Shown piece after piece: positions 22,662 to 35,024 of a stretch of 64,000 bases of DNA. A program made the position numbers and the translations under genes. The notes beneath the pieces were generated by a model, which had not been told where the DNA came from, made no database searches, and saw nothing but the letters and a program-made list of their open reading frames with translations. Location: the NCBI RefSeq assembly GCF_002854065.1, contig NZ_CP024147.1, one strand, 5' to 3'. The stretch is from Escherichia coli (GTDB lineage: Bacteria > Pseudomonadota > Gammaproteobacteria > Enterobacterales > Enterobacteriaceae). The stretch's first letter is position 1, and every line of letters begins with the position of its first letter.

Positions 22662-23429
22662 GGTGATGCTGCCAACTTACTGATTTAGTGTATGATGGTG
22701 TTTTTGAGGTGCTCCAGTGGCTTCTGTTTCTATCAGCTGTCCCTCCTGTTCAGCTACTGACGGGGTGGTGCGTAACGGCAAAAGCACTGCCGGACATCAG
22801 CGCTATCTCTGCTCTCACTGCCGTAAAACATGGCAACTGCAGTTCACTTACACCGCTTCTCAACCCGGTACGCACCAGAAAATCATTGATATGGCCATGA
22901 ATGGCGTTGGATGCCGGGCAACCGCCCGCATTATGGGCGTTGGCCTCAACACGATTTTCCGCCATTTAAAAAACTCAGGCCGCAGTCGGTAACCTCGCGC
23001 ATACAGCCGGGCAGTGACGTCATCGTCTGCGCGGAAATGGACGAACAGTGGGGATACGTCGGGGCTAAATCGCGCCAGCGCTGGCTGTTTTACGCGTATG
23101 ACAGGCTCCGGAAGACGGTTGTTGCGCACGTATTCGGTGAACGCACTATGGCGACGCTGGGGCGTCTTATGAGCCTGCTGTCACCCTTTGACGTGGTGAT
23201 ATGGATGACGGATGGCTGGCCGCTGTATGAATCCCGCCTGAAGGGAAAGCTGTACGTAATCAGCAAGCGATATACGCAGCGAATTGAGCGGCATAACCTG
23301 AATCTGAGGCAGCACCTGGCACGGCTGGGACGGAAGTCGCTGTCGTTCTCAAAATCGGTGGAGCTGCATGACAAAGTCATCGGGCATTATCTGAACATAA
23401 AACACTATCAATAAGTTGGAGTCATTACC
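22662..23429 (+). mobile_element. insAB: IS1 copy 3 (768 bp) without a target-site duplication
   Basis: Flanks are gaaactgcg (left) and agtaatctc (right); insA 22717..22992, insB 22911..23414; insB has an H-to-Y change relative to copies 1 and 2. Confidence 0.95.
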
Positions 23430-24092
23430 AGTAATCTCTATTTATCACACACTGTTGTGAATGAAAGTATATTGAAGAAATGTTGTTTTGAAAACGGCAG
23501 TTTAGGTGATGTTAAAATAACAAATAGCAATATAATAAATAATGTATTCAAAAATATTTCGTTTAGATCTGTTAAAATTAACAACGTAAATACTCATTCT
23601 TTAAAATTTATTAACTGCAATTTTTTCAATGTTGATATGATAAGAGTTAATTTCAGTAAATGTCTTTTTCATGACTGTAGTATGCATGGTGTCAAGATAA
23701 AACCATAGTTGCCAGTAAAATGGACAAAAGAGTTAATAAATGATTATTTGTATGGCTGTTTACTCTCTCTGTACTCTATCTGTGCAAGAGATATATATAA
23801 TATGATCGCCGGGAATAACGTGAAGGTTGCTGCGGATGCTTTCCTTGAAATACTTTATTCTCTTAAAAATAAATATTGTATTAAACTATTAAGCGCTCAG
23901 GATCGGGCGTTTATATACGAATTTGCAAGAATGATCTTCGCTTATATTAATGACAAAAGCATTGAGATCTTATTACTTTCTTGTTTTGCGGCGGCTGACC
24001 AAAAAGCAATCCAGCGGTATATACCTCAGGCGCAAGATGGGGAAGACTTTAGGAATCATTTACAATATAAGTTGACTCTTCCCACTCATTAA
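23430..24092 (+). pseudogene. 3' fragment of the same or an adjacent AT-rich gene: pentapeptide-repeat-like region with an in-frame amber stop at 23706..23708
   Basis: Frame 0 is open from the IS1 boundary; ORFs 23457..23708 and 23709..24092 are in the same frame separated only by TAG; repeat-like stretch NVFKNISFRSVKINNVNTHSLKFINCNFFNVDMIRVNF. Confidence 0.4.
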
Positions 24093-24302
24093 TATTGCCG
24101 GCACAACATAATAGGGCAGGTAAGCGGTGCTCCATAATGAAACCAATATCCGGTTACGAAACAGATAATTGTACAGGCTTATGTACCTGTTTTTGACACA
24201 ATGAGATGATTTCCTAAACTGATCAAAACCTTCTTCCCAACATGGCATATCAGTCCGATAATGCTTTAGAGATCGAAGGCTTAACAAACAAGGAGATCGA
24301 TC

Positions 24303-24626
24303 ATGCAATTTTCTACAACCCCAACTCTGGAAGGCCAGACCATCGTTGAATATTGCGGTGTGGTGACCGGCGAAGCGATTTTAGGTGCCAATATTTTCCG
24401 TGATTTCTTTGCCGGTATCCGCGATATCGTTGGCGGACGCTCCGGTGCCTACGAAAAAGAGCTACGTAAAGCGCGGGAGATCGCCTTTGAGGAGCTCGGC
24501 TCCCAGGCGCGGGCGCTGGGGGCCGATGCCGTAGTCGGTATTGATATCGACTACGAAACGGTCGGGCAAAACGGCAGTATGCTGATGGTTAGCGTCAGCG
24601 GTACGGCGGTGAAAACGCGTCGATGA
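24303..24626 (+). CDS. ybjQ: UPF0145 family protein YbjQ (107 aa)
   Basis: 107-aa ORF overlapping the amiD start; synteny. Confidence 0.85.
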
Positions 24627-25453
24627 GAAGAGTCTTCTGGCTGGTCGCTGCCGCTCTGTTACTGGCAGGGTGTGCGGGCGAAAAAGGCATTGTCGAGAAA
24701 GAGGGATATCAGCTTGATACCCGACGCCAGGCGCAGGCGGCGTATCCGCGCATTAAAGTGCTGGTGATCCACTACACCGCAGATGATTTTGATAGCTCAC
24801 TGGCGACACTGACCAATAAGCAGGTCAGCTCGCATTATCTGGTCCCTGCGGTGCCACCGCGATACAACGGTAAACCGCGCATCTGGCAACTGGTGCCGGA
24901 ACAAGAACTGGCCTGGCATGCGGGGATTAGCGCCTGGCGCGGGGCAACTCGCCTTAACGACACCTCTATTGGCATTGAGCTGGAAAACCGTGGCTGGCAG
25001 AAATCGGCGGGAGTGAAATATTTTGCCCCGTTTGAACCGGCACAGATTCAGGCGCTTATTCCACTGGCGAAAGATATTATTGCCCGTTATCACATCAAGC
25101 CGGAAAACGTAGTGGCACATGCGGATATCGCACCGCAGCGCAAAGACGATCCGGGGCCATTATTTCCCTGGCAGCAACTGGCGCAGCAGGGGATTGGTGC
25201 CTGGCCGGATGCGCAGCGGGTGAACTTTTACCTTGCCGGGCGCGCGCCGCACACACCGGTAGATACCGCGTCATTGCTGGAGCTTTTGGCGCGCTACGGT
25301 TATGACGTTAAACCTGATATGACACCGCGCGAGCAGCGGCGCGTGATTATGGCGTTCCAGATGCATTTCCGCCCGACGTTATACAACGGCGAAGCGGATG
25401 CAGAAACTCAGGCAATTGCCGAAGCGTTGCTGGAGAAATACGGGCAGGATTAG
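24623..25453 (+). CDS. amiD: N-acetylmuramoyl-L-alanine amidase AmiD, lipoprotein (276 aa)
   Basis: Lipobox LLAGCAG; amidase_2 family sequence. Confidence 0.9.
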
Positions 25454-26463
25454 CGCGGCAGTTTTCCGTGGTCGCGTAGCCAGGCGGCAGTTTTCTCGAT
25501 ACCTTCATCCAGGGTAATGACTGGCTGATAACCTAACTCTTCCTGTGCACGCGTAATATCCAGCGTAAAGTCAAAATTCAACTTGGAGACGCCGTAGTGG
25601 GTCAGCGGCGGCTCTTTTGCTGACTTGCGGCCTAAACGCTCCATGCTGCGGGCGATCATATCCAGCATCGGGTAAGGGACGGAACGAATACGACAGTCAA
25701 TATTCAACTCGTCGATCAGCTTCTGCACGATGCTGCGCAGTGTGCGATGCTCGCCGTTGGTGATGTTGTACACACGCCCGGAAGGTAGCTTATCGCAGGC
25801 TTCCTGGCTTGCCAGCCACATGGCGTGCACGGCATTTTCATAGTACGTCATATCGACCAGCGCACTGCCGCCATGCGGTAACAGAATGCTGCCGTAGTGG
25901 TGCATCATATGCGCAAGACGGGGGATAAAGACTTTATCGTGCGGTCCGAACAGACTTTGTGGGCGCAGAATAGTAAAGCGCGTTTGTGGATTCGCCTGCG
26001 AAAGCATATTGATCACTTCTTCGCTGGCTGCTTTGCTGCGGGCAAACTCGTTGGCGAAGCGGTGTGGGCGAAAATCTTCTTTAATATCGCGATGGTGGTG
26101 ATAATCGAAGTACAGGGAGGGGGAAGAGATATGAATAAAGTTACGCACACCCCAGGCGACAGCCCATTCACCCAGGCGGCGAGTGGCGCGAACGTTAGCC
26201 AGATCGAAAGCCTGTTGTGTCCCCCAGGGCGAGGTAAAGCTGGAGCAGTGCCACAGCGTATCAATGCCCGCGAGCATCACTTTAGCTTGTGATGAGACCA
26301 GCTCGGTCAGATCCGCCGGAACAAACTCTGCGCCCATTTTTTCCAGCAATTTACCCATTGCCTCGTTGCGACCGGTCGCTCGCACGCTGATGCCTTTCTG
26401 GCATAAAAACTCTACCGCGTTTCGACCTAAGCCGCTGGTGGCGCCGGTAACCAGTACCTTCAT
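25450..26463 (-). CDS. ybjS: NAD-dependent epimerase/dehydratase family protein YbjS
   Basis: Rossmann motif VTGATSGLG near the N-terminus; start trimmed to MKVLVTG. Confidence 0.8.
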   Translation of the reverse strand: MKVLVTGATSGLGRNAVEFLCQKGISVRATGRNEAMGKLLEKMGAEFVPADLTELVSSQAKVMLAGIDTLWHCSSFTSPWGTQQAFDLANVRATRRLGEWAVAWGVRNFIHISSPSLYFDYHHHRDIKEDFRPHRFANEFARSKAASEEVINMLSQANPQTRFTILRPQSLFGPHDKVFIPRLAHMMHHYGSILLPHGGSALVDMTYYENAVHAMWLASQEACDKLPSGRVYNITNGEHRTLRSIVQKLIDELNIDCRIRSVPYPMLDMIARSMERLGRKSAKEPPLTHYGVSKLNFDFTLDITRAQEELGYQPVITLDEGIEKTAAWLRDHGKLPR

Positions 26464-26561
26464 ATCAATCCACTGTTGTTGAGAAAATGACGTGCGCATT
26501 CTTCCGTGATTTCCCCCATGATGCAATGGGAAACATGAAAGAATAACGCAGGTTTTGTCGA

Positions 26562-27992
26562 TTAATCTGTGCTTTGTTCTGCCAGTCTGGCGATTTGTTT
26601 TGCCATTCCGCGAAAAATAAACAGATGCGCGGGGATCATCAATAACCAGTAAAACAGCCCCGGCATACCGTGCGGATGCCAGAAAGCGCGGACATCGATA
26701 GTACGATAGTCGCCTTTATCTTCCAGGGTAAAACACAGTCGTCCCAGCCCCGGTGCTTTCATGCCAAATAACAACGAAAGTTGCTTTTTCGGTTCAACGA
26801 CAATGACTTTCCAGCTATCCACCGCATCGCCAGTTTGCAAATATTCGCGCTCCGGACGGCCTTTCGCTAATTTATGACCGATCGCACGGTCCATCAACGC
26901 CCGTGTCTGCCACAAAATATTGCCAAAGAAATAACGCTCTTTACCGCCGATTTGGTTCACTACCTGCCATAAAGCCGCAAGGCTGGCGGACGTTTTAACG
27001 GTAAACCCCGCCTGTTTGGCGAAATAACCGTACTCAGGTCGCCAGCGGGCAAAGGCCTGAGCGTCGTAGCCCCAGTCGCTGGAGTTGACCAGTTTTTCTT
27101 CCTCTTTCAACGTGCTACGTACCGCGTCATCGAAAGCGATCAGCCGTTGTGGGATGAGTGCACGTAGCGCTGTGTCATCCGCCAGCAGATCGTGTTTCAG
27201 CCCCTGAATCAACGCCCTGGCGGTGGTGGGCGGTACGGAAGTAATCACATTAAGAAACCACACCGAAATCCAGCGAGTGGGGAGGGGGATGGGGATCAAC
27301 CAGCGGCGCTTACCGCTCACCGCCATAAAATGTTCAAACTGTTGCTGATAACTGAGCACCTCTGGTCCGGCGGCTTCGAAGATGCGGTGTTCGCTGGCCG
27401 GATGATCTAACAGCGCCACCAGATAGTGCAGCAAGTTTTCCAGCGCGATGGGCGTGGTGCGTGAACGAACCCAGCGTGGCGGCGTTAACACTGGCAGGTT
27501 GTAAACCATATCGCGCATCACTTCGAACGCTGCGGAACCTGCGCCAACGATAATTCCGGCCCGAAGTTCGGTCACTGGTACATTCGCTTCACGAAGAATG
27601 TCCGCCGTAGCCTGACGAGCACGCAGATGATCCGACTGCTCATGTGGCGGGGCCTGCAACGAACTGAGAAAGATTAATTGCTTAACTGGTACTTCACGTA
27701 GCGCATCGCGGACGTTGAGAGCCACCTGGCGCTCCTGAGCGATAAAATCGCCGCTTTCGCCCATGCTGTGCACCAGAAAATAGACGGTATCGATATCCTG
27801 TAACAGGGCCGGAAGGTTATCCGGCCAGCTGAGATCGACTTTATGGCAACTGACGTTTGCCAGTTGCAGCTTTGCAAGCCTGTCGACATGACGTGCCGCC
27901 GCCAGGATCTGATGCCCTTGCTGGCTGAGTGCCTGCACCAGATGTTGACCAATGTAGCCACTGGCACCAAGAACTAAAATGCGTTGCGGCAC
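26562..27992 (-). CDS. ybjT: NAD(P)-binding protein YbjT, probable GTG start
   Basis: Rossmann motif LGASGYIG; GTG preceded by the strong Shine-Dalgarno aaggaggg; the longer ORF-track start would overlap ltaE. Confidence 0.8.
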   Translation of the reverse strand: MPQRILVLGASGYIGQHLVQALSQQGHQILAAARHVDRLAKLQLANVSCHKVDLSWPDNLPALLQDIDTVYFLVHSMGESGDFIAQERQVALNVRDALREVPVKQLIFLSSLQAPPHEQSDHLRARQATADILREANVPVTELRAGIIVGAGSAAFEVMRDMVYNLPVLTPPRWVRSRTTPIALENLLHYLVALLDHPASEHRIFEAAGPEVLSYQQQFEHFMAVSGKRRWLIPIPLPTRWISVWFLNVITSVPPTTARALIQGLKHDLLADDTALRALIPQRLIAFDDAVRSTLKEEEKLVNSSDWGYDAQAFARWRPEYGYFAKQAGFTVKTSASLAALWQVVNQIGGKERYFFGNILWQTRALMDRAIGHKLAKGRPEREYLQTGDAVDSWKVIVVEPKKQLSLLFGMKAPGLGRLCFTLEDKGDYRTIDVRAFWHPHGMPGLFYWLLMIPAHLFIFRGMAKQIARLAEQSTD

Positions 27993-28002
27993 GTCTCCCT
28001 CC

Positions 28003-29004
28003 TTAACGCGCCAGGAATGCGCGCCAGTGGGCGGCGACTTCTGCCAGTTGTTCGCGCGAGACGTCAAGATGGGTCACCAGGCGGACAATCGGCGAGGCGT
28101 TAATCAGTACGTTTCTCGCTTTCATGTATTCGCCTAACGCGGCAGCATTTTCTTCGCCGACGCGAACAAACAGCATATTAGTGTCCTGACGCATTACATC
28201 CGCGCCCGCTTCGCGCAGTTGCTCCGCCATCCAGGCGGCGTTGTCGTGATCTTCCTGCAAGCGTGCGACGTTATTTTTCAGCGCATACATCCCGGCAGCA
28301 GCCAGAATGCCGGACTGGCGCATCCCGCCACCTGTCATTTTCCGCCAGCGAATGGCACGTTTAATGTAATCACGATTACCGACGAGTAATGAACCGACTG
28401 GCGTCCCAAGACCTTTCGACAGGCAAATGGTGAACGAATCACAATATTGCGTGATCTCTTTCAGTTCGCAGCCGTAAGCCACCACGGCGTTAAAGATGCG
28501 CGCACCGTCAACATGCAGCGCCAGATTGCGCTCGCGGGTAAATTCCCATGCTTCTTTCAGGTATTCACGCGGCAGCACTTTGCCGTTGTGGGTGTTTTCC
28601 AGACTGAGTAATTTGGTGCGGGCGAAATGGATATCGTCGGGTTTGATTTTCATCGCCACTTTATCCAGCGGCAGCGTGCCGTCGGCGTCAGCGTCGATGG
28701 GTTGCGGCTGAATACTGCCCAGCACCGCTGCGCCACCGGCTTCAAACAGATAGTTATGCGCGGCCTGACCGACAATATACTCTTCGCCACGTTCGCAGTG
28801 ACTGAGCAGAGCGACCAGGTTGGCCTGAGTGCCGGTAGGCAGAAAAATGGCGGCTTCTTTACCGGAAAGCTCTGCTGCATAGTCCTGCAAAGCATTAACG
28901 GTAGGGTCGTCTCCGTAAACGTCGTCCCCAACCGGGGCGGCCATCATCGCTTCGAGCATGGCGCGGCTCGGTCGGGTTACGGTATCACTGCGTAAATCAT
29001 TCAT
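28003..29004 (-). CDS. ltaE: Low-specificity L-threonine aldolase LtaE (333 aa)
   Basis: PLP-dependent aldolase sequence; synteny. Confidence 0.9.
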   Translation of the reverse strand: MNDLRSDTVTRPSRAMLEAMMAAPVGDDVYGDDPTVNALQDYAAELSGKEAAIFLPTGTQANLVALLSHCERGEEYIVGQAAHNYLFEAGGAAVLGSIQPQPIDADADGTLPLDKVAMKIKPDDIHFARTKLLSLENTHNGKVLPREYLKEAWEFTRERNLALHVDGARIFNAVVAYGCELKEITQYCDSFTICLSKGLGTPVGSLLVGNRDYIKRAIRWRKMTGGGMRQSGILAAAGMYALKNNVARLQEDHDNAAWMAEQLREAGADVMRQDTNMLFVRVGEENAAALGEYMKARNVLINASPIVRLVTHLDVSREQLAEVAAHWRAFLAR

Positions 29005-29040
29005 GGCATGTCCTTATTATGACGGGAAATGCCACCCTTT

Positions 29041-30759
29041 TTACCTTAGCCAGTTCGTTTTCGCCAGTTCGATCACTTCATCACCGCGTCCGCTGATGAT
29101 TGCGCGCAGCATATACAGGCTGAAACCTTTGGCCTGTTCGAGTTTGATCTGCGGTGGAATGGCTAACTCTTCTTTGGCGACCACCACATCCACCAACACC
29201 GGACCGTCGATGGAGAAGGCGCGTTGCAGGGCTTCATCGATTTCAGAGGCTTTTTCTACACGAATACCCGTAATTCCGCACGCTTCGGCAATGCGGGCAA
29301 AGTTGGTGTCGTGCAGCTCAGTACCGTCTGTCAGGTAGCCTCCGGCTTTCATCTCCATCGCCACAAAGCCCAGCACGCTGTTATTAAAGACGATAATTTT
29401 CACCGGCAGTTTCATCTGCACTACCGAAAGGAAATCGCCCATCAACATGCTAAAACCGCCATCGCCGCACATGGCGACCACCTGACGTTCCGGCTCGGTT
29501 GCCTGCGCACCCAGCGCCTGCGGCATGGCGTTAGCCATCGAACCGTGGTTAAACGAACCTAACAGGCGACGCTTGCCGTTCATTTTCAGATAACGCGCTG
29601 CCCACACCGTTGGCGTACCAACGTCACAGGTGAAAATGGCGTCATCGGCGGCAAAATGACTAATTTGTTGCGCCAGATATTGCGGGTGAATGGCTTTCTC
29701 GCTCGGTTTAGCTAAATCGTCCAGCCCTTTGCGGGCATCGCGGTAATCTTCCAGCGCTTTATCCAGAAATTTGCGATCGGCTTTTTCTTCCACCAGTGGC
29801 AGCAATGCACGCAGGGTTGATTTGATATCGCCGACCAGTGCCATATCCACCTTGCTGTGAGCGCCGATGCTGGCTGGATTGATATCAATCTGAATAATTT
29901 TGGCATCGGTCGGGTAGAACGCACGGTAGGGGAACTGAGTACCGAGTAGCACTAACGTGTCGGCGTTCATCATGGTATGGAAACCTGACGAGAATCCGAT
30001 TAACCCGGTCATTCCAACATCATACGGATTATCGTATTCGACATGCTCTTTACCGCGTAGGGCATGAACAATAGGTGCTTTAATTTTCCCGGCAAACTCA
30101 ACTAACTCTTTATGCGCCCCCGCGCAGCCGCTGCCACACATCAGAGCGATATTGCTGGAATAACGCAGCAGTTGCGCCAGTTTGCGTAACTCTTCTTCTT
30201 CCGGCGTCACGACCGGCTGTGGCGCATGATACCAGTGGGTAGTTGCCCCTTCTGGCGCAGGTTTTAACGCCACGTCGCCTGGTAACACGACAACCGAAAC
30301 GCCACGGTTAAGCACCGCTTTGCGCATGGCAATCGCCAGTACTTGTGGGATCTGCTCCGGGCTGGAAACCAGCTCGCAATAGTGGCTACATTCGCGGAAT
30401 AGCTCTTGTGGGTGGGTTTCCTGGAAATAGCCGCTGCCAATTTCGCTGGAGGGAATATGAGCGGCAATCGCCAGTACCGGAACGTGATTGCGGTGGCAAT
30501 CGAACAGGCCGTTGATCAAGTGCAGGTTGCCTGGGCCGCACGATCCGGCACAGACCGCCAGTTCTCCTGAAAGTTGTGCTTCAGCGCCAGCGGCAAACGC
30601 CGCCACTTCTTCATGGCGGGTGGACATCCACTCGATGGTGCCCATGCGATTAAGACTGTCGCTAAGACCGTTCAGAGAGTCGCCCGTGACTCCCCAGATG
30701 CGTTTCACGCCTGCCGATTCGAGTGTTTTGGCGATATAAGCTGCAACCGTTTGTTTCAT
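29041..30759 (-). CDS. poxB: Pyruvate oxidase PoxB (572 aa)
   Basis: Thiamine-diphosphate enzyme motifs, 572 aa. Confidence 0.95.
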   Translation of the reverse strand: MKQTVAAYIAKTLESAGVKRIWGVTGDSLNGLSDSLNRMGTIEWMSTRHEEVAAFAAGAEAQLSGELAVCAGSCGPGNLHLINGLFDCHRNHVPVLAIAAHIPSSEIGSGYFQETHPQELFRECSHYCELVSSPEQIPQVLAIAMRKAVLNRGVSVVVLPGDVALKPAPEGATTHWYHAPQPVVTPEEEELRKLAQLLRYSSNIALMCGSGCAGAHKELVEFAGKIKAPIVHALRGKEHVEYDNPYDVGMTGLIGFSSGFHTMMNADTLVLLGTQFPYRAFYPTDAKIIQIDINPASIGAHSKVDMALVGDIKSTLRALLPLVEEKADRKFLDKALEDYRDARKGLDDLAKPSEKAIHPQYLAQQISHFAADDAIFTCDVGTPTVWAARYLKMNGKRRLLGSFNHGSMANAMPQALGAQATEPERQVVAMCGDGGFSMLMGDFLSVVQMKLPVKIIVFNNSVLGFVAMEMKAGGYLTDGTELHDTNFARIAEACGITGIRVEKASEIDEALQRAFSIDGPVLVDVVVAKEELAIPPQIKLEQAKGFSLYMLRAIISGRGDEVIELAKTNWLR

Positions 30760-30891
30760 GGTTCTCCATCTCCTGAATGTGATAACGGTAACAAGTTTAG
30801 TTCATCTGACGGAGGGGGAAGGGATGGGAGAGAAAGGAGGCACTAACGGTTAAATAGCCCGATGAAAGGAATATCATCGGGCATAAGGCGA

Positions 30892-31860
30892 TTATGCGAG
30901 AACCAAATCCCCCTGCGGATGGCAGGAGCAGGCCAGTACGTAACCTTCAGCGATTTCGGCGTCGGTCAGCGTCATTGTACTGCTCACCGTATATTCACCG
31001 GAAACCACTTTCGTCTTACAGCAGCCGCAAACACCCGCGCGGCAGGCGGCGACAACCGGAACTTTATTGCTTTCCAGCGCCTCCAGCAGCGTGGTGCCAA
31101 CCGGAGCGTAAAATTCTTGCGCCGGTTGCAGTTTGGTGAATTTCAGACCGCTGGTCGCCGCTTCCGCTACTGGGGTGAAGAATTTCTCTTTAAAGAAACG
31201 CGTCACGCCGAGCGCTTTCACTTCCTGCTCTACCCAATCCATATACGGAGCCGGGCCGCAGGTCATCACGGTACGTGAAGCTAAGTCAGGAACGCGAGTC
31301 AGGAGTTCGCGAGTGAGACGACCAGTGATAAAGCCTTCGGTAACGTTATTTTCCGCCACCAGCGTTACCGGATAGTTACGCCACTCATCGGCGAAAATAA
31401 CATCCTGCGGCGTACGCACGTTGTAGATCACCCGCACATCGGCCTGTGGACGGTTCTTCGCCAGCCAGCGACGCATCGACATAATCGGCGTGACGCCGCA
31501 GCCTGCCGCCAGCAACAGGAATTTATCTTCTGCTTTATCGTCGCAGGTAAATTCCCCCATCGCGTCTGAAAGCCAGAGATAATCACCGCGTTTTACATCG
31601 CGGGTCAGCCACTGGGAGCCGACACCGTCATCAATCCGCCGCACGGTCAGGGTGATGTATTCACTCACTCCTGGCGTGGAGGAAATGGTGTAAGCACGCA
31701 GCGTTTCCGCTGAGTTACGCACGCTGACCAGTGCATATTGCCCGGCGCGATATGGGTAGTAATCGTGGCAAATCAGGGAAATCGTCCACACATCCGGCGT
31801 TTCTTGCTTAATGTGATGAACCTGCATCCGCCACGGGCATTGATTCGTTGGCATCGTCAT
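30892..31860 (-). CDS. hcr: NADH oxidoreductase Hcr (322 aa)
   Basis: FAD/NAD-binding domain plus C-terminal 2Fe-2S cysteine cluster (CRAGVCGCC); downstream of hcp. Confidence 0.9.
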   Translation of the reverse strand: MTMPTNQCPWRMQVHHIKQETPDVWTISLICHDYYPYRAGQYALVSVRNSAETLRAYTISSTPGVSEYITLTVRRIDDGVGSQWLTRDVKRGDYLWLSDAMGEFTCDDKAEDKFLLLAAGCGVTPIMSMRRWLAKNRPQADVRVIYNVRTPQDVIFADEWRNYPVTLVAENNVTEGFITGRLTRELLTRVPDLASRTVMTCGPAPYMDWVEQEVKALGVTRFFKEKFFTPVAEAATSGLKFTKLQPAQEFYAPVGTTLLEALESNKVPVVAACRAGVCGCCKTKVVSGEYTVSSTMTLTDAEIAEGYVLACSCHPQGDLVLA

Positions 31861-31871
31861 CTGCTAACTCC

Positions 31872-33524
31872 TTACGCGCTCAACAGTTGCTTCATGTCTT
31901 CTTCAACAGTGGTGACAGACCGCAGGCCGAATTTCTCGTTCAGCACCGCCAGCAGGTCTGGTGTCAGGAAACCAGGTGCAGTCGGGCCGGTGACGATATT
32001 TTTCACGCCCAGAGAAAGCAGCGTCAGCAGAATGACAATCGCTTTCTGTTCAAACCAGGAGAGCACCAGCGACAGCGGCAGATCGTTCACACCACAGCCC
32101 AGTTTTTCTGCCAGCGTTACCGCCAGAATAATCGCTGAGTAAGCATCGTTACATTGACCTGCATCTACCAGACGCGGCAGACCTTCGATATCGCCAAACT
32201 CAAGTTTGTTAAAGCGATATTTACCACAGGCGAGGGTCAGGATCAGGCAGTCATCCGGCACGCTGGTGGCGAAATCGGTGAAGTAGTGGCGCTCGCCGCG
32301 TGCGCCGTCACAGCCACCAAGCAGGAAGATATGACGCAGTTTTTCACGGCTCACCAGATCAATCAGCGTATCCGCTGCGCCAAGCAGCGTCTGGCGGCCA
32401 AAGCCCACGGTGATCAGGTGCGGAATTTCGCTGTACGGGAAGCCTGCCATTTGTTGCGCCTGGGCAATGACCGCAGAGAAATCTTCGCCATCCAGATGAC
32501 GCACACCCGGCCAGCCAACGATGCTGCGGGTCCAGATACGATCGTCATAAGCGCCTACGGTTGGGTCGATGATGCAGTTCGAGGTCATCACGATGGGGCC
32601 AGGGAAACGAGCGAATTCCACTTGCTGATTCTGCCAGCCGCTGCCGTAGTTACCGACCAGATGCTTGAATTTACGCAGCTCCGGGTAGCCATGCGCAGGC
32701 AGCATTTCGCCGTGGGTGTAGACATTAACGCCCGTGCCTTCGGTCTGTTCCAGCAGGTTGTAGAGATCTTTGAGATCGTGACCGGAAATCAGGATGCATT
32801 TACCCGCCGTCGCTTTGACGTTGACCTGGGTTGGCGTCGGGTGACCGTATTTACTGGTTTCGCCTGCATCCAGAATGCTCATCACTTTGAAGTTCATCTG
32901 GCCGATTTCCATTGAACACTCAAGAAGCGCGTTCATATCGGCAGGCCAGGTCCCCAGCCACGCCATGATTTTATGGTACTGGGCATAAATATCATTGTCG
33001 TATTGACCGAGAACGTGTGCGTGTTCCATATAGGCCGCCGCACCTTTCAGACCATACAGGCACAGCAGACGCAGGCCGAGAATGTTTTCGCCAATCGCCG
33101 CTTTATCTTTGTTAGGGGTAAATTCTGCTGCCTGACGTTGCAGTTCGCCGAGATCGTCGCTCACCAGTTGCAGGTCAGCCATCGGGTTATCGACGCGGGC
33201 GTTGGCATCTACAGTCAGGCATTGTGCTTTCAGCGCCTCGCGCAAGGCAATCGCTTCACGAGCGTAGCCGACAATACGCGGAGAATCGAAGTTAACGTTG
33301 GTCAGGGTTGAGAAAAAGGCACGTGGCGCGAAGCTGTCGACATCGTGGTTGATGATGCCGTATTCACGCGCTTTTACCGCCCAGGCAGAAAGCCCTTGCA
33401 GCGCCGCGATGAGTAAATCCTGAAGGTCAGAGGTTTCCGCCGTTTTACCACACATCCCCTGCGCGTATGAGCAGCCGTTTCCTGCCGGAGTACGGATAGT
33501 TTGTTCACATTGCACACAAAACAT
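31872..33524 (-). CDS. hcp: Hybrid-cluster protein / hydroxylamine reductase Hcp
   Basis: N-terminal MFCVQCEQT Cys motif; start trimmed to MFCVQ. Confidence 0.95.
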   Translation of the reverse strand: MFCVQCEQTIRTPAGNGCSYAQGMCGKTAETSDLQDLLIAALQGLSAWAVKAREYGIINHDVDSFAPRAFFSTLTNVNFDSPRIVGYAREAIALREALKAQCLTVDANARVDNPMADLQLVSDDLGELQRQAAEFTPNKDKAAIGENILGLRLLCLYGLKGAAAYMEHAHVLGQYDNDIYAQYHKIMAWLGTWPADMNALLECSMEIGQMNFKVMSILDAGETSKYGHPTPTQVNVKATAGKCILISGHDLKDLYNLLEQTEGTGVNVYTHGEMLPAHGYPELRKFKHLVGNYGSGWQNQQVEFARFPGPIVMTSNCIIDPTVGAYDDRIWTRSIVGWPGVRHLDGEDFSAVIAQAQQMAGFPYSEIPHLITVGFGRQTLLGAADTLIDLVSREKLRHIFLLGGCDGARGERHYFTDFATSVPDDCLILTLACGKYRFNKLEFGDIEGLPRLVDAGQCNDAYSAIILAVTLAEKLGCGVNDLPLSLVLSWFEQKAIVILLTLLSLGVKNIVTGPTAPGFLTPDLLAVLNEKFGLRSVTTVEEDMKQLLSA

Positions 33525-33620
33525 GATCACACCTTTTAAAGTTATATTTAATATACATGTTTAAGGTTAAGACGCTTAACGCGGGGATAAAAGGGATTTT
33601 TCATGCAACTTTAAGGGAGA

Positions 33621-33634
33621 TTGATTTAGCGCAA
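33621..33634 (-). promoter_or_regulatory. Candidate FNR half-site pair upstream of hcp
   Basis: TTGAT-N4-CGCAA on the plus strand (TTGCG-N4-ATCAA on the hcp strand), 8/10 match to the FNR consensus, about 100 bp upstream of the start codon. Confidence 0.3.
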
Positions 33635-33667
33635 TTTTGGCGGCAGGGATCTACCGCCAGAGAGGTA

Positions 33668-34567
33668 TTACGCAGAGAAAAAGGCGATGAGGATCGGCAC
33701 TAACAGGCTAAGAATAAAACCGTGAACAATTGCCGCCGGGACCATATCCAGCCCGCCAGTACGTTGAAGAACGGGCAGGGTGAAATCCATCGACGTCGCA
33801 CCGCATAAGCCCAGTGCGGTAGAGCGGCTGCGGCGAATCAGCCCAGGGATCAACATAATTGCAATCAGCTCACGGGCCAGATCATTAAAAAACGCCGCGC
33901 TCCCGATTACCGGACCAAAAGATTCGGTCAATAAAATACCGGAAAGAGAATACCAGCCGAAACCAGAGGCCATTGCCAGCGCGGTATTGATGGGTAGATC
34001 AAGAATAAAGGCGTTAATTAAACCACCAATTAATGAACTGGCAACCACCACCACGGCGACAATCATTCCCCGGCGATTAAGGACAATCTGCTTTAAGGTC
34101 ATGCCATTATTGCGCAACTGAATACCGACGAGGAAAAGTAGCAGAATTAACGTGTATTCACTGGCTTCGGTCGCGTGTTGTAAGAAAGCCAGTCCACTCA
34201 GGCCAATGGCAAAACCAATCACTACTACGCCGCACAGTTTTAGCGACTCAAGCGCCATCGCAATACGCGACGGGAGTTTTTCTTGCTGATGGTGGTTGCG
34301 CCACGGCAGACCGCGCTCCAGCCATATAAGGGCGGCAATATTACACAGTAAAATAACGGTAATACTGACGGCAGAATAATGCAGAATCGCCAACAGGTTA
34401 CTGGCGAGGTTATCGAGAAACGCCAGACTGATACCCATAAAAAAGAGAATAAGGTAAACCATCCAGCTTAATAGCTGATTAATAACTTTTAACGCAGCTT
34501 GTTGGCGAAGCGGAATGAGGTAACCCACAATCAGGGGAACCAGAATGATTAACAGCCCAGAAAACAT
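33668..34567 (-). CDS. ybjE: Inner membrane protein YbjE / lysine exporter LysO (299 aa)
   Basis: Multi-pass membrane ORF; synteny. Confidence 0.85.
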   Translation of the reverse strand: MFSGLLIILVPLIVGYLIPLRQQAALKVINQLLSWMVYLILFFMGISLAFLDNLASNLLAILHYSAVSITVILLCNIAALIWLERGLPWRNHHQQEKLPSRIAMALESLKLCGVVVIGFAIGLSGLAFLQHATEASEYTLILLLFLVGIQLRNNGMTLKQIVLNRRGMIVAVVVVASSLIGGLINAFILDLPINTALAMASGFGWYSLSGILLTESFGPVIGSAAFFNDLARELIAIMLIPGLIRRSRSTALGLCGATSMDFTLPVLQRTGGLDMVPAAIVHGFILSLLVPILIAFFSA

Positions 34568-35024
34568 GAAAACCCAGCCCTTGCAAAGAAAGAAGTCGAA
34601 ATGCGCGATGACACACTACTGAAAGCGGAAGGACGAGTAAAGTTGCAATTAAAAGGAAATGTTATGCATCAGAGGGGGATTTTTAATTCTATATGAGTGT
34701 TTAGCATTGTTGCGCTCCTTTCATGTGCAATGCCATATAAAGCCACTGGCGCAGGGAGCGCGCAGGGGGCGGCCAGTCGCCGCCGCCCCCTGCACCCCCG
34801 GGCTCTGGCGAACAAAATCGCCGCTGCGCGGTACCTTCAGCTTATCCCCTTCGGCTACCGGGTCGGGCGCGAGGTAACGTCCTGTAAGACGCGCCCTCAG
34901 CCCACATCCATGTGGGCTGCCCCGGCCTTCAGGGAACGCCTCGGCGATTTTGACGCCACCAACATCCGTGCGGTTTGTAACGTCGAAGATAAAACAACCA
35001 GGGCAGATAAAATGCCAATGCTAA

